Source of the DNA: Lama guanicoe
Taxonomy: Eukaryota
DNA: 64,000 nt
Assembly (NCBI GenBank): GCA_013239625.1
Contig: MU054187.1
Span: 13,610,974-13,674,973 of the forward strand
Direction of reading: 5' to 3'
Both the position numbers and the translations under genes were made by a program. The notes below the pieces were generated by a model, which did not search any database, was not told the DNA's origin, and saw only the letters and a program-made list of their open reading frames with translations. Numbering within the stretch: the stretch's first letter is position 1; each line of letters starts with the position of its first letter. Positions 26,393 through 39,690 of the stretch are shown here, piece by piece.

Positions 26393-27079
26393 TTATAGTG
26401 GCTTCTCAAAAAGTAATGCTTTTCTTCTTCCAGAGTCTGTAAATTGAGGCATTAACCGTGAGGTGCTCATTGCAGGCTTTCTGGAGCAGCTGTCAGCCAT
26501 AGGCCCTCCTCCCCCTTCTCTCCGGGTGAAGTCATCCTTGAAGGGTAGAGGTCGTCCTGACTCTAGAGTGGATCCTGGGAACACTGTTTCATCAACAACA
26601 GCCATTACCTCATATTAAGTTCCAGCCATGATCCTGTGTGCAATCTGGCCATGACCCTCACAATTCAAGTTACTGTGAACTTGGATTACATCATTCTGAG
26701 CTACATAGTTCCTTCAGACATGAAGTTGGCTCTCCTAACATACTGAGATCAGGGAACTTTCTAAGGGTTGTTTTTCTACTTGTAATAATAGATTTGTGCT
26801 GATCTGCCCAGTTCTTTTTGTGCTTATCTAGAAAAATTAGACCATGGACTTGGGTCAGGAGTATGGTCTGTGATGATCCAAAGTAATAAAGATAAAAATC
26901 ACTCTTTGGTGATTTAACCCTTAATCATATGAGAAATTTTAAGGATTTAAGTAATTTAAAATATGAAATACACAAAGTTCATTTAATTTTGCTCATTAGA
27001 AGGTAACCCCATTCCGAATCCCATAGATTCTGACAAGAGATTCATGAGAGAGCCTGTGAGTCTTAAAAGGAATACAGTC

Positions 27080-29050
27080 TTATCTCAATCCCTACAACAG
27101 AGCACGTTCTAAATAAATTGAAGAACTAAATATAAAGTTAAAGACTATAGGAAAATGGAAGCAAATATTCATCAAATCTTTAGGAGAAGAAATGTCTAAA
27201 TATGGAAGCAACAGGAGAAATTACAAAAGAAAAGATTGAAAGACTTATATCTGCATAAAACATTTAAATTCCTCCAATTAAAAATATAATAGAAATGGAT
27301 GTGGAGAAAAGGGAAGCCTCCTACATTGTTAGTGGGAATGTAAATTGGTGCAGTTACTATGGAAAACAGTATTGAGGTTCCTTAAAAAACTAAAAATAGA
27401 CTTACCATATGATCCAGCAATCCCACTCTTCAGCATATATCTGTAGAAAACTCTAATTCAAAAAGATACATGCACCCCAGTGTTTATAGTGGCACTACTT
27501 ACAATAGCCAAGACATGGAGGCAACCTAAATGTCCATCAGCAGACGAATGGATAAAGAAGATGCGGTATATATACAATGGAATACTACTCAGCCATAAAA
27601 AGGAATGAAATAGTGCCATTTGCATCAACATGGATGGACCTAGAGGTTATCATATGAAGTGAAGTAAATCTGACAAAGACAAATATCATGTGATATCACT
27701 TGTATGTAGAATCTTAAAGATTATACAAACGAACTTATTTCACAACAGGAACAGACTCACAGACATAGAAAATAAACTTATGGTTACCAAAGGGGAAAGG
27801 GTGGGGAGGGATAAATTAGGAGTTTGGGATTAGCAGATACAAACTACTCTATATAAAATAGATAAACAACAAGGACCTACTCTATAGCACAGGGAATTAT
27901 ATTCAATATCTTGTAAGAACCTATAATGGAAAAGAATATGAAAAAGAAAAAAATATATATATCTAAAAAACTGACTCACTTTGCTATTAACCAGAAACTA
28001 ACATAAAATTATAAATCAACTATACTTCAATAAAAAATAATAAAAATGGAAATTCAAACAACACATTAGAAGAGAGCATTTGCTTATTATTGATAAGAAA
28101 GGATTATTAATATTTTTATATAAAAGGTTAACATATTTTGATAAGAAAAGCAGTAAGATTTGATGGGAAAATGAGCAAAAGATGAGAATTACCTTAACTA
28201 ACAAAAGAGGAAACACAGCCAGTTTTTAAAAATATAGAAATATGTTCTACCTTGTAGTCATCAATGAAAATTTTAAAAACTAAGATACCACTTCCATTCC
28301 TTTAGTAATAGTTACTTACTTATTCAGTACGTGATTCACCCAGCCAGCCTTCATTCAACAAGAACAGGCAAGGTGATAAGAGTTAGTGGTTAGACACCCA
28401 GAGTCCTGCCCTCAGTGACATTTCAGCTCCTTGGAGAGAGAAGGGCTCAAATGAGAAAACAGGTGCAAAAAATAAATGAGTGGTAAAATATACATGGTAG
28501 AGGAAATAGTTCTGCAAATATTTGATATCATTAATAGTACCACTACTGATAAGAATTTGGTACAAACAGGCCTTCTTACATATGGCAAGTAGGAGTCAAA
28601 ATTGTTACCATTTCCTTTTTTTAGACCAAAATTCTCATTTATTAGTCTACCGTGAGAAATAGAACTGTCAAGATGTCCAGACATTGTTCTGACTTAATAC
28701 AACCTTCCTTTTAGGCCTTGGATTGCCAGGACTGTTACCACATTTTTGGACAGAAATTGTCGACATATTTTAAGAATGCCAATGCATGAACTCTAAATCC
28801 TTACTCTTTGATCCAGTTCTTATTTTTCTAGGCACCTAGTTGAAAGGAAGGATTTTGTGTCCAGAAAAAAATTCACAGACAAAGATTTTCGTAACACCAG
28901 CAGTGATCATTATAACACAAAAGATTGGAAGAAACCTAAATGGCCAGAATGTAGAGAAATTATGGTTCCTCATCTTGATGAAATATTGTACAGCCAGGAA
29001 AGATAATTTTCATGAATATTATTCTATTGAACAAATATTTGAAACCTAAA
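27080..29050 (+). mobile_element. Highly decayed L1M ORF2/3' region hosting a younger L1
   Basis: A-rich L1-like text on both sides of the young insertion: acaaaagaaaagattgaaagact, gaaaatgagcaaaagatg, ctttgatccagttcttatttttctagg, gaaacctaaatggccag. Confidence 0.6.
27297..28040 (+). mobile_element. Young 5'-truncated cetartiodactyl-type L1 with target-site duplication
   Basis: ggatgtggagaaaagggaa ... taaatcaactatacttcaataaaaaa. TSD ATAATAGAAATGGA (27286-27299) / ATAATAAAAATGGA (28037-28050), 13/14 identical. Confidence 0.97.
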
Positions 29051-29139
29051 ATTATATATATACTAAAATAAAAACTGTTTAATAAGTTAACTATGCCCCA
29101 AATGATTCCTGAAAGTTTCAGCAGAAGTGATGTTTGGAT

Positions 29140-29508
29140 ATAGCAATTGTCATAATGTTATTGTTCTTAATAATTCACTTAATGCATAACTGTAAGAGGC
29201 TTATACCTCCCTGTCCCCTGAGTTCTGGGGTTAGCCACATGACTTGCTTTGACCAGTGGACTGTGACTAGACAAGCATGCTCTCTGTCCCAGGAGAAGCT
29301 TTCTTGCAATTGCATGATTGGAGTCAGCCTCTTGCTCCTCTGCCCTCTGCTGTGAGAGCAGCACGTCCTGAATAGGGACCACTCCTCCAGATCTCAAAAT
29401 GAGAAGGCACAGATCACCCTGCAGACCCCCTATAATTGAGAAATGAATATGTTACCACGAGTCTCTGGAGTTTTAGAATTGTTTCGTCAGCAAAGGCTGA
29501 CTAATACA
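29140..29508 (+). mobile_element. MaLR LTR (MLT1I/J-like)
   Basis: ttagccacatgacttgctttgaccagtgga ... cagcaaaggctgactaataca terminus. Confidence 0.8.
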
Positions 29509-30309
29509 GAAACTTGGTGTGTTTCTTTTTTAGAATACTGTATTTTCAGAAATTTCTTAGTAAGCATTTAATGATTTTCAAAGTTTCAAATATAAACAAG
29601 AACCACTGCCTGAAACCTAAGAACAGCCTGGGAGGGAAATGAAAGTCGTTATTTTCAAACAAGATGGAGGATCACATCTGGGTACCATGGGAAATTATCA
29701 TGATTTGTCCTGTGGATTAAAAAAAATTTGTTAAATTCAGTAACTTTTTTTCACTCTTAAGCTGAGTTTACTTTTTATTTTTCTTATGGAAAATGAAGAG
29801 GAATGTTATTTGGGACAGAGAAACTGGAACAACTAATGAAGACCCAGATTCAGGAACAATACATATCCTTCTAAAGCATTATTTCCCTTCCTAGCTCATC
29901 CTCATTATCTCGGAATAATAGGAATCAGCTGCCACTATTACACTAGGAATGAGTGCAGTGGCTTTGCCTGTTGGCAGGGGTGACAGCAAAGGACCCCTAA
30001 TATTTAAAGTCCAGAATGAGCCCTTAATAAATGGCAACAAATAATACTCAAAATATTCATTGGAGACAACATTTTTCTTGCTCCAGAAATGAAAACAAGA
30101 ATCTGTCTATAAACTCACTACTGCCAGTTGCATATCTAAAATGGTGCATAGGAGAGTCTATCCTAGGGGAAATAAAGAGATTTCCTTTGATAAAGGACAA
30201 TCCAAGAGTCATACTTTGGCACTGGCTCCAGAAAAGACAATGAGAAGCAGAGCAGGAGCTCCCTGGCAAGCAAAAAAAAATGTACAGTTTATCACAGATT
30301 GATACTATG

Positions 30310-31012
30310 TATGTATTTCTCCAACAAAATGTTATTGAGCATCTGCTGAATCTCATGAATTCTATGAAGTACCAAGTGAAGAATATGGACATAGCTTCTG
30401 TTTTTCCAGACCCTTCAGAGACTGATATGACCCTAGCCTTCATCGACCATATAATCCAGTGGGAAAAAAACATTAATTAGGGGAAAAAAAGTTACTTTGG
30501 GAGAGCAGAGCAGGAGCAACTTAGCTAGAGTAAGAGGGAATCAGGGAAGACTTCTTAGAGGAAATAGAACTAAGCTTATTTTTAAAGGATCCGTAGGAGT
30601 GATGCAGGGCAGTAGGAGGATGGGGACCCTGTGGTGGAGAATGGTCCGGGAACAAGGAACAGGATGTCCAAAAGAGAGACAGAACCTGTACATCAGAGAA
30701 GGCTAGGCAGGGTCAGTGTGAATGAATGAGGGATGGTCAGGAGAGGAGGCTGGAGCCATCACTCAGGGGCTTCACTCATGTAAATTTACTGGGATTTTAT
30801 AGCAAAAAGAACAGGATGCCAGTAAAAAGAATTTCAGGCAGAAACATAATGTCAGGTTTGTATCTCAGTGAGATCATCTCGATTAATACGGGCCATCACA
30901 ATAGAGTCCAGAAAAGCGATGATGTATCCAGAAGTAGAGCGAGGGCAGGGAAGATGACAAATAGTTGGGTTCAAGACATATATCTAGGGGGCAGAATCAA
31001 TTGGAATTATTG
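30310..31012 (-). mobile_element. L2 LINE fragment
   Basis: caacaaaatgttattgagcatctgct ... gggaatcagggaagacttcttagaggaa ... gggttcaagacatatatctagggggcagaatca. Confidence 0.8.
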
Positions 31013-32009
31013 AAGTCAACCAGCTCCCTCCTCTTGCTTTGTCATCACACCCCCCCATTATCACGTTAGGTTGCCCTCGCCCAGCTGAATATGGTATCTA
31101 GACAGCTAGACTTCTTATTACCTGTGAATAAGTTATATTTCTAGTTAGACATCTCTGATTCTTGGGTGCTTATTGAGAAAGAAATTAAATCAGGATTCCC
31201 AAGTCTGATAAACTCTAGGACTCGAAAAAGATTTTCTGCCTCTTCAAGACCAAGGGCTGGTCCTCATGTAGTAAATTCACCAAAGTCACGTCATCCTGTG
31301 AATCCTCTTGGTAGGGGCCCTGCCACCCACACTTACGTCAGGTACCACCCTTGAACTTCAGTCTCACGGAGGCCTGGAGCCATGATTAGCGCTGGCTGCA
31401 TGTGGTTCAGGGAGCAAGAGCAGCACTTGTCGGTAAAGCAGCTCGATGTCAGGGAAACCTTCGTCAAGGTAGACCAACGATGAATCAGAGTTCCCTAACA
31501 TCTTTAGTACTTCCAGTAATCATTAATTCATTGTTCAAGACTTACTTTTAATCATGTGCTCTTACCTGTATTTCCTCATGATTGGCCTAGTGTCTCAAAA
31601 TATAAATCCATCTAAATGAGTAGCTCCCATTGCACTCTTCATGCATTAGGAATATTTCTTTCAAGCTGTTTTCATCATTTTCAGTTACATATTTGTAAAA
31701 TAATTTTCTTTAATATTCATTTGTTCCACTAGGCTTGTTTTGCTCACTACCATATTCTCAGTGTCCAGTATCTGGTAAGCACTCAAGAAGTATTTGTTAG
31801 TTGGTTGTGTGATTGATTTCATGGGTTAGAAAGTTAGATTACATGACTTTAGAAGTCTGTGGTTTTATGAGAGGCCATATTTCCTGCAGATAAGGATTTC
31901 CGTGCCATCTAGATGATCCTGATTGATTTCACTCTGCTTCTGCACAGTGAGCAGTGCCCTGTGAATAAAGTTAAACCTCTGAAAAGCTGAATAGTTTTCT
32001 GCAGATCAC

Positions 32010-32225
32010 ATCGTGGTGGTTCGTGAACTCTGGGACTGGACTAGCTCCATGGCTTGTTAAATGTGCAAGCCAACACGAGTCACCTAAAGTCTCTGCGTGC
32101 CGGGTTTCTCATCATAAATTGGGGATCATTGAAGTACCTGCCTTATGGGATTGTTTCGGGATTTAAAGTCCTTAGGAGAGTGTCTGGCATATGGGAAGTG
32201 CTATGTGTGTGTGAGTTATTATTAC
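32010..32225 (+). mobile_element. MIR SINE
   Basis: gtttctcatcataaattggggatcattgaagtacctgccttatgggattgtt ... gtgtctggcatatgggaagtgct. Confidence 0.75.
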
Positions 32226-32269
32226 ACAATTGAAGACGATCCAGTCTTTTGATTCCTAGGAGCATGAGT

Positions 32270-33530
32270 CCAGCTTTCCGTTCAACACATTTACTTGATA
32301 CTCTCCAAGACCTAGCTATGAGTCTAGGTCTTGAGGATGTGAAAACAATTTAGACAGGTCTTGCTCTTGAAGAACATGAGGTCCAAGAAGGACAAATAAG
32401 CCAGAGGACAGATATCACCGTGAGATTATGACAAGTATTGCTGCTGAATTAAAAATCCAAGTGTTCCAGGAGTATAGATGGCAAAGTAGCCAATCCTGCT
32501 TGAGGCTAGAGGAGGGACTATACTTAATGGCAAAGTGGCCATCTCAGTTGGGTCATGAAGGATGAATATGAGTTAGTAGGTGTGGCAGACCCATATTTAT
32601 GACACCCCCTCTTTTCTGAAGATAGGAAATTACTTTTTCAAGAACCTTGCAGAAACCCCTGATCTTAAGGCAAATAGGTCTCTACCCTAGTCCCATGGAT
32701 CTATCAAGATTGATTTAAACCAGTCCTGGTACTATTTGTCCTCTTAGCCATCAATTGGTTCAGTCTGTCAACCTAGGTGTATGAAAAGGCGACCCTTCTT
32801 GAATTAAGCAGACAAAGCCTCACGATTAGAAGACCACCGTTCCCTTTTCCCTTCCTCCGTCTGTCTGGTCTGCAGATGCAGTGCCTAGAAGGAGGCAGAG
32901 CAGAGGCCAGTGGGCCTCAGAGGAGGGAGCAGGGAGGTGGAAGGAGCCCATGTCCCTGACACTGTGAGTAAATCACCAGGGCATCCCGGAACTCCTGTCT
33001 TTAGTCTTGCTGAGGGAGAAAAATACATCTCAATTTGGTTAAACCACGGTGGTCAAGTTTTCTGTAACTTAACAGCTGAAAGCATTCCTGACACAAAGAA
33101 GCAAAAGCGGCAATGTATTCCAAGCGCAGCAGTGTCTGTGCGGAGGGTCAGTTTGCCCACAGATGGGTCAGAAGCTAAGAATGGCAGGATCATGAAAGAA
33201 AGAGAGAGAAAAAGAGATGGGGGCCACAGCAGGAAATGAGGCTAGAAGTGAAAGACCATGAATGCTGTAGATTTAGATTTGGATTTGTATCTTCTTGGTA
33301 ATTGCAAACCAACAGAGAAATCGAGGCAGTTATGTGATACGCTCAATGCTGCTTATTTAGGAAAACAGCCCAGGCAGTTGTGTCCAGTGCACTGGAAGCC
33401 AGTTCAGGGGTGCAGTAGTTTAAGAAAGAGGGTGAACCAAAACATCAACGTGGGATGAAGAATAAGGGTCAGCCAGAAGGACCCTTCCTGAGGTCCTATT
33501 TCTGGGGCCAGCGGACTTCCTTACTTGGCA
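32270..33530 (-). mobile_element. L2 LINE fragment split by an LTR
   Basis: ttcaacacatttacttgata...gaaggatgaatatgagttag, resuming at gaaatgaggctagaag...ttggatttgtatcttcttggtaattgcaaacc. Confidence 0.7.
32581..33095 (+). mobile_element. Old ERVL/MaLR solo LTR (LTR33- or MLT1L-like)
   Basis: Starts TGTGGCAGAC and ends ttttctgtaacttaacagctgaaagcattcctgacaca. Confidence 0.7.
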
Positions 33531-33569
33531 GTAGTTCAGAAGCGGAGAAATGTATAGGAGAATTGAGAA

Positions 33570-33952
33570 GTGAATTTAGCCTCTGGAGTCTGACTGCTGG
33601 TTTGAATCACAGCTCCCTCATTTGGCACCTGTGTGAGCCTCCTCACCACCCTCAGCCTCGCAAACCACAGTGTTCTCACCTGCACAGTGTGCTCAGTAAT
33701 TCAGTTGTTTTGGTTTATTTAACAGACGGTGATATATGCCCACTGACTTTATGCCAGGAAGTTCCTAAGTGCTTTACAAATATTGCTAAATTTAATCTTC
33801 ATAAGAAACCTGTGAGATAAGTACTTTTACTATCCCTGTTTTATAGTGTTGCCTTGTTTATTCGATTGCTGTGGGAATCAATTGAAAACAATGCTTGTAA
33901 AATGCTTAACACAGTGTCTGACACGCTGAGAGCCCTCAATAAGCACTAGCTT
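33570..33952. mobile_element. Minus-strand MIR (~33720-33845) nested in a plus-strand MIR
   Basis: ctctggagtctgactgctggtttgaatcacagctcc ... [tttaatcttcataagaaacctgtgagataagtacttttactatccctgtttta] ... gtaaaatgcttaacacagtgtctgacac. Confidence 0.75.
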
Positions 33953-34119
33953 TTGCTACTGCCTCTTTTTTTTTCTATTCAAATTGTTACCATGGATTTT
34001 TTTTTAAATTTCTTACCCTTTGAGTGATAAATAGTGGTACAGAAACATCACGTTTCTTTCCTTACTTTTCCCTCTGTCTGTCTGTCTGTCTGTCTGTTTC
34101 TCTCTCTGAGATGGGATGA

Positions 34120-36480
34120 TCGGGTTTATTGCAATGTAAGTGATGTACAGTAAGTTTCAGCCTTTAAATGACTGATGAGTTTAAACAAATATGTATAGGT
34201 GTGTTCCCCTCACCACTTTGGAATGCTTTGTCACCCATTTTCAATACCCCAAAAAATTCTCTCTTGCTCTTTTGCAAATCAGTACTTTTCCCCCAATCCC
34301 AGCCCCAGCAGCCAGCGATCTGAATTCTTTCCCATTTTTATTTTTTTCTTTCACAAAATGTTGTATAAATGGAATCATATAGTGTGAATTATTTTGTTAT
34401 GACTTTTTTCACTTCGTAGAATGCTCTTGAGGTGTTGTTGCATTATCTGCAGTTCATTCCTTTTTATGGCTAGTGCTGTAACATGTAAATACACAAGTGC
34501 TTTATCAAATAAATCATTTTCAAATATTTTCTTCCAATTTGTGGCTAATGTTACCTTCTCTTCAGAATGTTTTGCAAAGAGCAGCAATTTTAAATGTTGA
34601 TAGTTTGTAGTTTCTGTAACTTAAGTCTTTGTAACTCTGGTTCACAGAGAATGCAAACCCTTGCCTTGTTCCTTATCTGACAGAAGCATCCAGATTTCGA
34701 CCATTAAGTCTGAGGCTATCTGTCAGTTTTCATGAGTGATCTTTATTGGATTCTAGAAATTTCCTGCTTTGTCTGTTTCAGTGAGAACTTTTTACAATGA
34801 ACGAGTGTTGAATCTTGTCAAATTATTTTTTTGCATCTACTGGGCTGAGCACGTGGTTTTGCTTTTATAGTCGGTTAAAATGGTGAATTAGATTGATGTG
34901 GGGGCGTTGAAACAACCTCCCATTCCTTGGATAAACCCCAGTTGTTCACGAGGCACTGCCCTTTTTATATTTAGCAGGATTCAGTCTGCTGGCATTTTGT
35001 GAAGGCTTTTTTTTTTTTCATCTGTGTTCTATTTTCTGGAAGAGTTTGTGTAGCGCATGTATTATTTCTCCCTGAAGCATCGGGTGTAATTCACCAGCGA
35101 AGCCATCTGGCCTGTGGTCTTTATGGGAAGGCTTTTAACTTCCCATAGATGTAATGCTATTCAGGTTATCTGTTACTTCTTGAGTGAGCTTTGGGAGTTT
35201 GTGTCTTTCCAGGAATTTGCCATTTCATGTAAGTTATCAGATGTATTGGCATGAAGTTTTTCATAATATTTATTTGCTGTCCTGTGATGCATATAGAATC
35301 TGTAGTGATGGTTCCTCTTTGTTCCTAATCTAGTGATTTGTTCTGCTCCCTCTCCTTAATCAGTCTGACTAAACATTTATTAAATTAGTTTTTCTTTTTT
35401 TCATTGATTTTTTTCGCTCTAACATCATTTTCTTCCTTCTTGCATAAAGTTTAATTTTATCTTATTTTTCCAGTTTTCAAGGTAAACACTTAAGCATTAA
35501 GACCTTTCTTATTTTCTAAGATAAACATTTGATGCCATAAATTTCCCTCTAAGCACCGCTTTAGTAGCATCTCACAAGTTTGATATGATCTGTTTCATTT
35601 TCATTCAATTCAACTAATTTCTAATTACCTGTGGGTTTCTTCTTTGATCCTTGGGTTATTAGAAGTGTGTTTAATTTCAGATATTTTGGAATTTTTTCCT
35701 AATATAATTTCATTATGGTCAGCAATTTTTTTTTTATGAATTCAGTCATTTTAACTTGCTGAGATTTGTTTCATGATCCAGAAATTTGGTAAATGTTCCA
35801 TGTGCATTTTAAAGAATATGTCTTTCTCTGTTGAGGGTTCAAGTAGCCTATAAATGACAAATATAGTTTACTGAGAATGATGTCCAGATTTTCCACATAT
35901 TTGTGATTTTTTAACCTCTTTTTCCATCATTTTCTTAGAGATCGGTTGTGAAGTCACCAAGCTAATTGTTGATTTCTCTGTTTCTCTTTTCATTATTAGT
36001 TTTTGTTTTATGCCTTTTGAAGCTCTGTTACTAGGTACAAACACATTAAGATTGTTATGTCTTCTTGATGAATTGACAAATTGTAGTGTCTCTTTTCATC
36101 CTAGCTATATATATCCTGTGTTCTGAAGTCTAATTTGTCTCATTAATATATTTACTCCAGCTTTCTCGTGATTAGCTTTTCCATGCTATGTACATCTTCT
36201 TTCTTTTCTCATCTACATCTATATATTTAAATTGGGTTTCCCTGTAGGCAGCATATAATTGAGGCTTGCATTTTGATTCAATTTGATCTCTTTGTCTTTT
36301 AATCAGAATGTTCAGGCCATTGAAATTTAGTGTAATGATTAATATAATTGGATTTAAATCCACCCTCTTCACAGTTGTTTTCTGTTTATTCTTTGTTCCT
36401 TTTTCCCTTTGTTTCCTGCCTTCTTTTGCACTGACTGAGCATTTCTTAGGCCATATCATCTTTACTTATTAGTTATGGCT
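34120..36480 (-). mobile_element. Old L1M LINE (3'UTR plus decayed ORF2)
   Basis: tataaatggaatcatatagtgtg, taattcaccagcgaagccatctgg, tttccctctaagcaccgctttag. Minus ORF 36172-36459 includes IITLNFNGLNILIKRQR, resembling the L1 ORF2 endonuclease N-terminus. Confidence 0.9.
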
Positions 36481-36519
36481 TTTAGTTACACTTTGTTTTT
36501 TTTGGTAGTGGCTTTAGGA

Positions 36520-36720
36520 CAAGGATTCTCAAATAGAGGCAGTTGTTCCCTCCAGGGGATATATGTCAATGTCTGGAGGCATTTTCGATTTTCACGACTC
36601 AATGGAGGTGTTGCTGGTGTCTAGTTGGTAGAGGCCAAGTGTTCTGCTAAGCCCCCTATAATACACAAGGCAGCCCCCACGACAAAAACTTACAAATATC
36701 ATATCGCCAATGTCGATGTT
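36520..36720 (+). mobile_element. MER20 (hAT-Charlie), degraded
   Basis: caaggattctcaaa...caatgtctggaggcatttt...ctagttggtagaggccaag...cagcccccacgacaaaa. Confidence 0.85.
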
Positions 36721-36729
36721 TGTCTGGAG

Positions 36730-37640
36730 GCTCCATGTGACTTCCCACTTCTCTCCCTGCTTTCACGCAGCCCCACAGCCCTCTCTCACAGCTGACAATT
36801 TCCTCTCACACTTCACTGAGCAAAGAGAAACCATCAGACACAGACTCCCTCCCTTCCTTCCACCAGAGCCGCCCAACTCACAGTCTGCATCCTTCCCAGG
36901 GGATGTTCTTCTCCCATCAAGCCCTGCCCCCCCCCACAACTACTCAGGATCCCATCTCTCTTCACCATCAGTTACACTCTCACACTCATGTATCATCCAT
37001 CAGTTTCTTTCTATAGGATCATTCCCATCAGCCTACCTATACACTCTAATATCTCCCTTCTAAAATCAAACCAGCAAAGCTCTGTGGACCCTCCTCCTTC
37101 CTCCAGCAACTGTTACATTTCCTGTCCCCCCTCAACCAAATGTGTCTTAAGAGGTGTCTATACCTGGTCTCTCCTTAACCCCACCTGCCATTTCTTCTCT
37201 ATGGAATGGTTCCCCACCAACTCTCCCACCTTCAGTTTCACCCTATATGTCTCTTAAGCCATCCCCGAGCACCCTGTCAAAAATAGGTCATCCACTCTTA
37301 GTTTCTTTCTCAAACTATTGATTAATTCGTTCAGACCTCTTATTTCTTCCTTCCTTCCTTCCTTCCTTCCTTCCTTCCTTCCTTCCTTTCCTTTCCTTTC
37401 CTTTCTTTCTTCTTTTTGTCAGACACTAACTGTTTGCTCCCTCACCAGGGATATAATATAATATAACAGGTTGTATTATGGGGTTTAATAATTATAGGAG
37501 GTAATGCAATGTAACATAGTGACTGTAAACTCCATGCAGACAGGAACTGTGTCCAGCTTGCCCACCACTGGCTTGTATTATCTATGAACAGCACAGAGCC
37601 TGGCATATGATAAAGGCTCAAGATATTCCAGGATGACTGA
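36730..37640 (+). mobile_element. L2 LINE fragments
   Basis: ctctcacagctgacaatttcctctcacacttcactgagcaaagagaaaccatcaga, and a 3' end gactgtaaactccatgcagacaggaactgtgtc...gagcctggcatatg. Confidence 0.75.
37345..37412 (+). repeat. (TTCC)n / (CTTTC)n microsatellite
   Basis: Read directly. Confidence 0.95.
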
Positions 37641-37865
37641 CTACAGAAATAAACAAATTAACGGAACAGCATCATTGAAAACAGGGTATTAGTTGTGATG
37701 TTTAAGATACACTCATTGGAATGTGGCATGGCTATTTTTTAAAATTCATTTCATTATTCATTGTTTTGATTGAACTTGAAAATTTTTTATTATATTGCTG
37801 GAATTATAAAGTTGTTCCCATTACATATTTTTTGTAGATCATTCAAAGATGAATATATATATAAA

Positions 37866-38065
37866 TTTTTTTTATTGAAGTACAGTCAGTTACAGTGTGT
37901 CAGTTTCTGGTGTCCAGCACAATGTCTCAGTCATGCATACACATACATATATTCGTTTTCATATTCTTCTTCATTAAAGGTTATTACAAGTTACTGAACA
38001 TAGTTTCCTGTGCTATACAGAAGAAACTTTAACACAATATTTAAATCAACTGTAATTCAATAAAA
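37866..38065. mobile_element. Minus-strand L1 3' tail (37866-38028) joined to a plus-strand L1 terminal stub (38029-38065)
   Basis: tttattgaagtacagtcagttac...tgtgctatacagaagaaact followed by taacacaatatttaaatcaactgtaattcaataaaa. Confidence 0.85.
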
Positions 38066-39130
38066 TTGTTCACAGTTACCTGCTCAGTTTCAAATTCAAT
38101 CTTTCATTTAGCCTTAACATATCCCAGTGGTGGCCTTTTTCTCCTTAGACCTTATCAAAGCTTTGATATTGAAACTGTCCTTAGAAATGGAGGTTTGCAT
38201 TCACAACTATGTGAGGTTAAACAGAGCATTTCAAAAGGAGAAGAAATTTTACAAAACGCTAAAATCACCCAGTGCTTCCTCTGCTAGATGAATCAGGAAA
38301 CAAGAATTCTGCTTCAAGCTTTCCACTGAGCATGCTGTGGATTTCAGGTTCCCAAAGCAGGCAAACCAATGATGGCACAAATTCCTCTGAAAACACTTGT
38401 TCAGCCATCTCATAAGATTTCAACTGGTTTCAGCTTCATTATCTAAAAGATGTCTAGAAAATTGGGTTCTAGTTATTTTAACAGCTTTGCAGACAGAGAG
38501 ACAAAATCAACAAGTTGAAGGGGAAATTTTAAGAGCAAAGACACCTCTTGTTTTTATATTTCAATGCTTTTATTTGAAATGCTCTCCCATCCCAATAGAA
38601 CTCAGTTAATTACTAATTTCTTCTAGCACCAGAATGTTTGAGCAGTGAACTGGGGCAGTGTTACCGTTTGATTAGTGGTTTCCAAGAAACCAGTTACCAA
38701 AAGGGCAATGTTGTTCATTATTTTAGGAGGAAAATGTACCCTTGTTCTGATTTATTGTGTATATTTTAACTGGGCTTAGTTTTATCTTGCCATTCCAGTG
38801 ATCTTTGGCTTTGAGAAATATTTTGAATTTTGGGGGTCAAAATAGCATATTGTGACTGATTGAAATGTAACAACGTATGTCAAAGGGATGCTTTCTTATT
38901 TCTTCTTCTCCAAAGAACCTTAGAAAAATCTGAAAAATGTTGGAACTAGTGCTTTCAGCAATGTGAGAATCCTATAAGAAGAGGTCTTTGGATTATTTTT
39001 AAAAGAACTTTTAAAAGTAATGGCTGACTTCCTCAAAGAGAAACGTCTCCCCTTGTAATAATTATGGAAGCGTTAACCATCCAATTCTAATATGGCTTTT
39101 CCCCCTAGAACTCGTTAATGTGCTTGAGAT

Positions 39131-39690
39131 TGTCAGGGAGGAAGAAATCTTCGTCTGACCTTCTAGGTTCTTCTGGCTGCTCTGAGAATTAAATTGCCAA
39201 GAGACAGATTAACAGGAGGAAATTCAACAAAAGTTTAATAACACATATACGTGGGAGAGCCCCAGGAAAACTGAGTAACTCCCTCAAACAGAGCCAAGTC
39301 TTCACTTTGAAAACCCTGTTCAGCTAAAGACAAAGAGGATGTTGGAGGTGGTGGTTGGGACTTCAAAGGGGAGGAAGGCAATTCACATGGAGATGGAAAA
39401 GAAAAGATATGAGAAACAAATGCTTGCTGGGCTGTGCAGAGATCATGGGACACACTGTGGACTCTGGTCTCCAGGCCCTGCTAGTTGCTCCCACCACACT
39501 TCAGCCCAGATCCTTTGCAGATACCTCTGGTGATAGCTCTGTTTTAGGAATAGGTCCTCTATTTAAGTTCTTTTAGGCAGATATGGGAGGGTCTAAGTTT
39601 CTTCCTGAGTCCTTTGGGCCTTGATTGTTTTCAGCTCAAAATAATCTGCTTGTCAAAGAGACACATTTTGGCAAATTTTGTTCCCCTATA
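39131..39690 (-). mobile_element. ERV1 solo LTR, MER34-like
   Basis: gagaattaaattgccaagagacagattaacaggagg, and end aaaataatctgcttgtcaaagagacacattttggcaaattttgttccccta (rc of the MER34-type 5' end). Confidence 0.75.

Noticed and set aside
26393..26605. 70-aa minus ORF in a more GC-rich unique block
   Set aside because: Short, no recognisable homology, and it terminates at an L1 boundary.
31330..31495. Possible minus-strand coding exon (open frame ending at GAC|GTAAGT)
   Set aside because: No polypyrimidine tract at the acceptor, the peptide is not recognised, and there are no partner exons.
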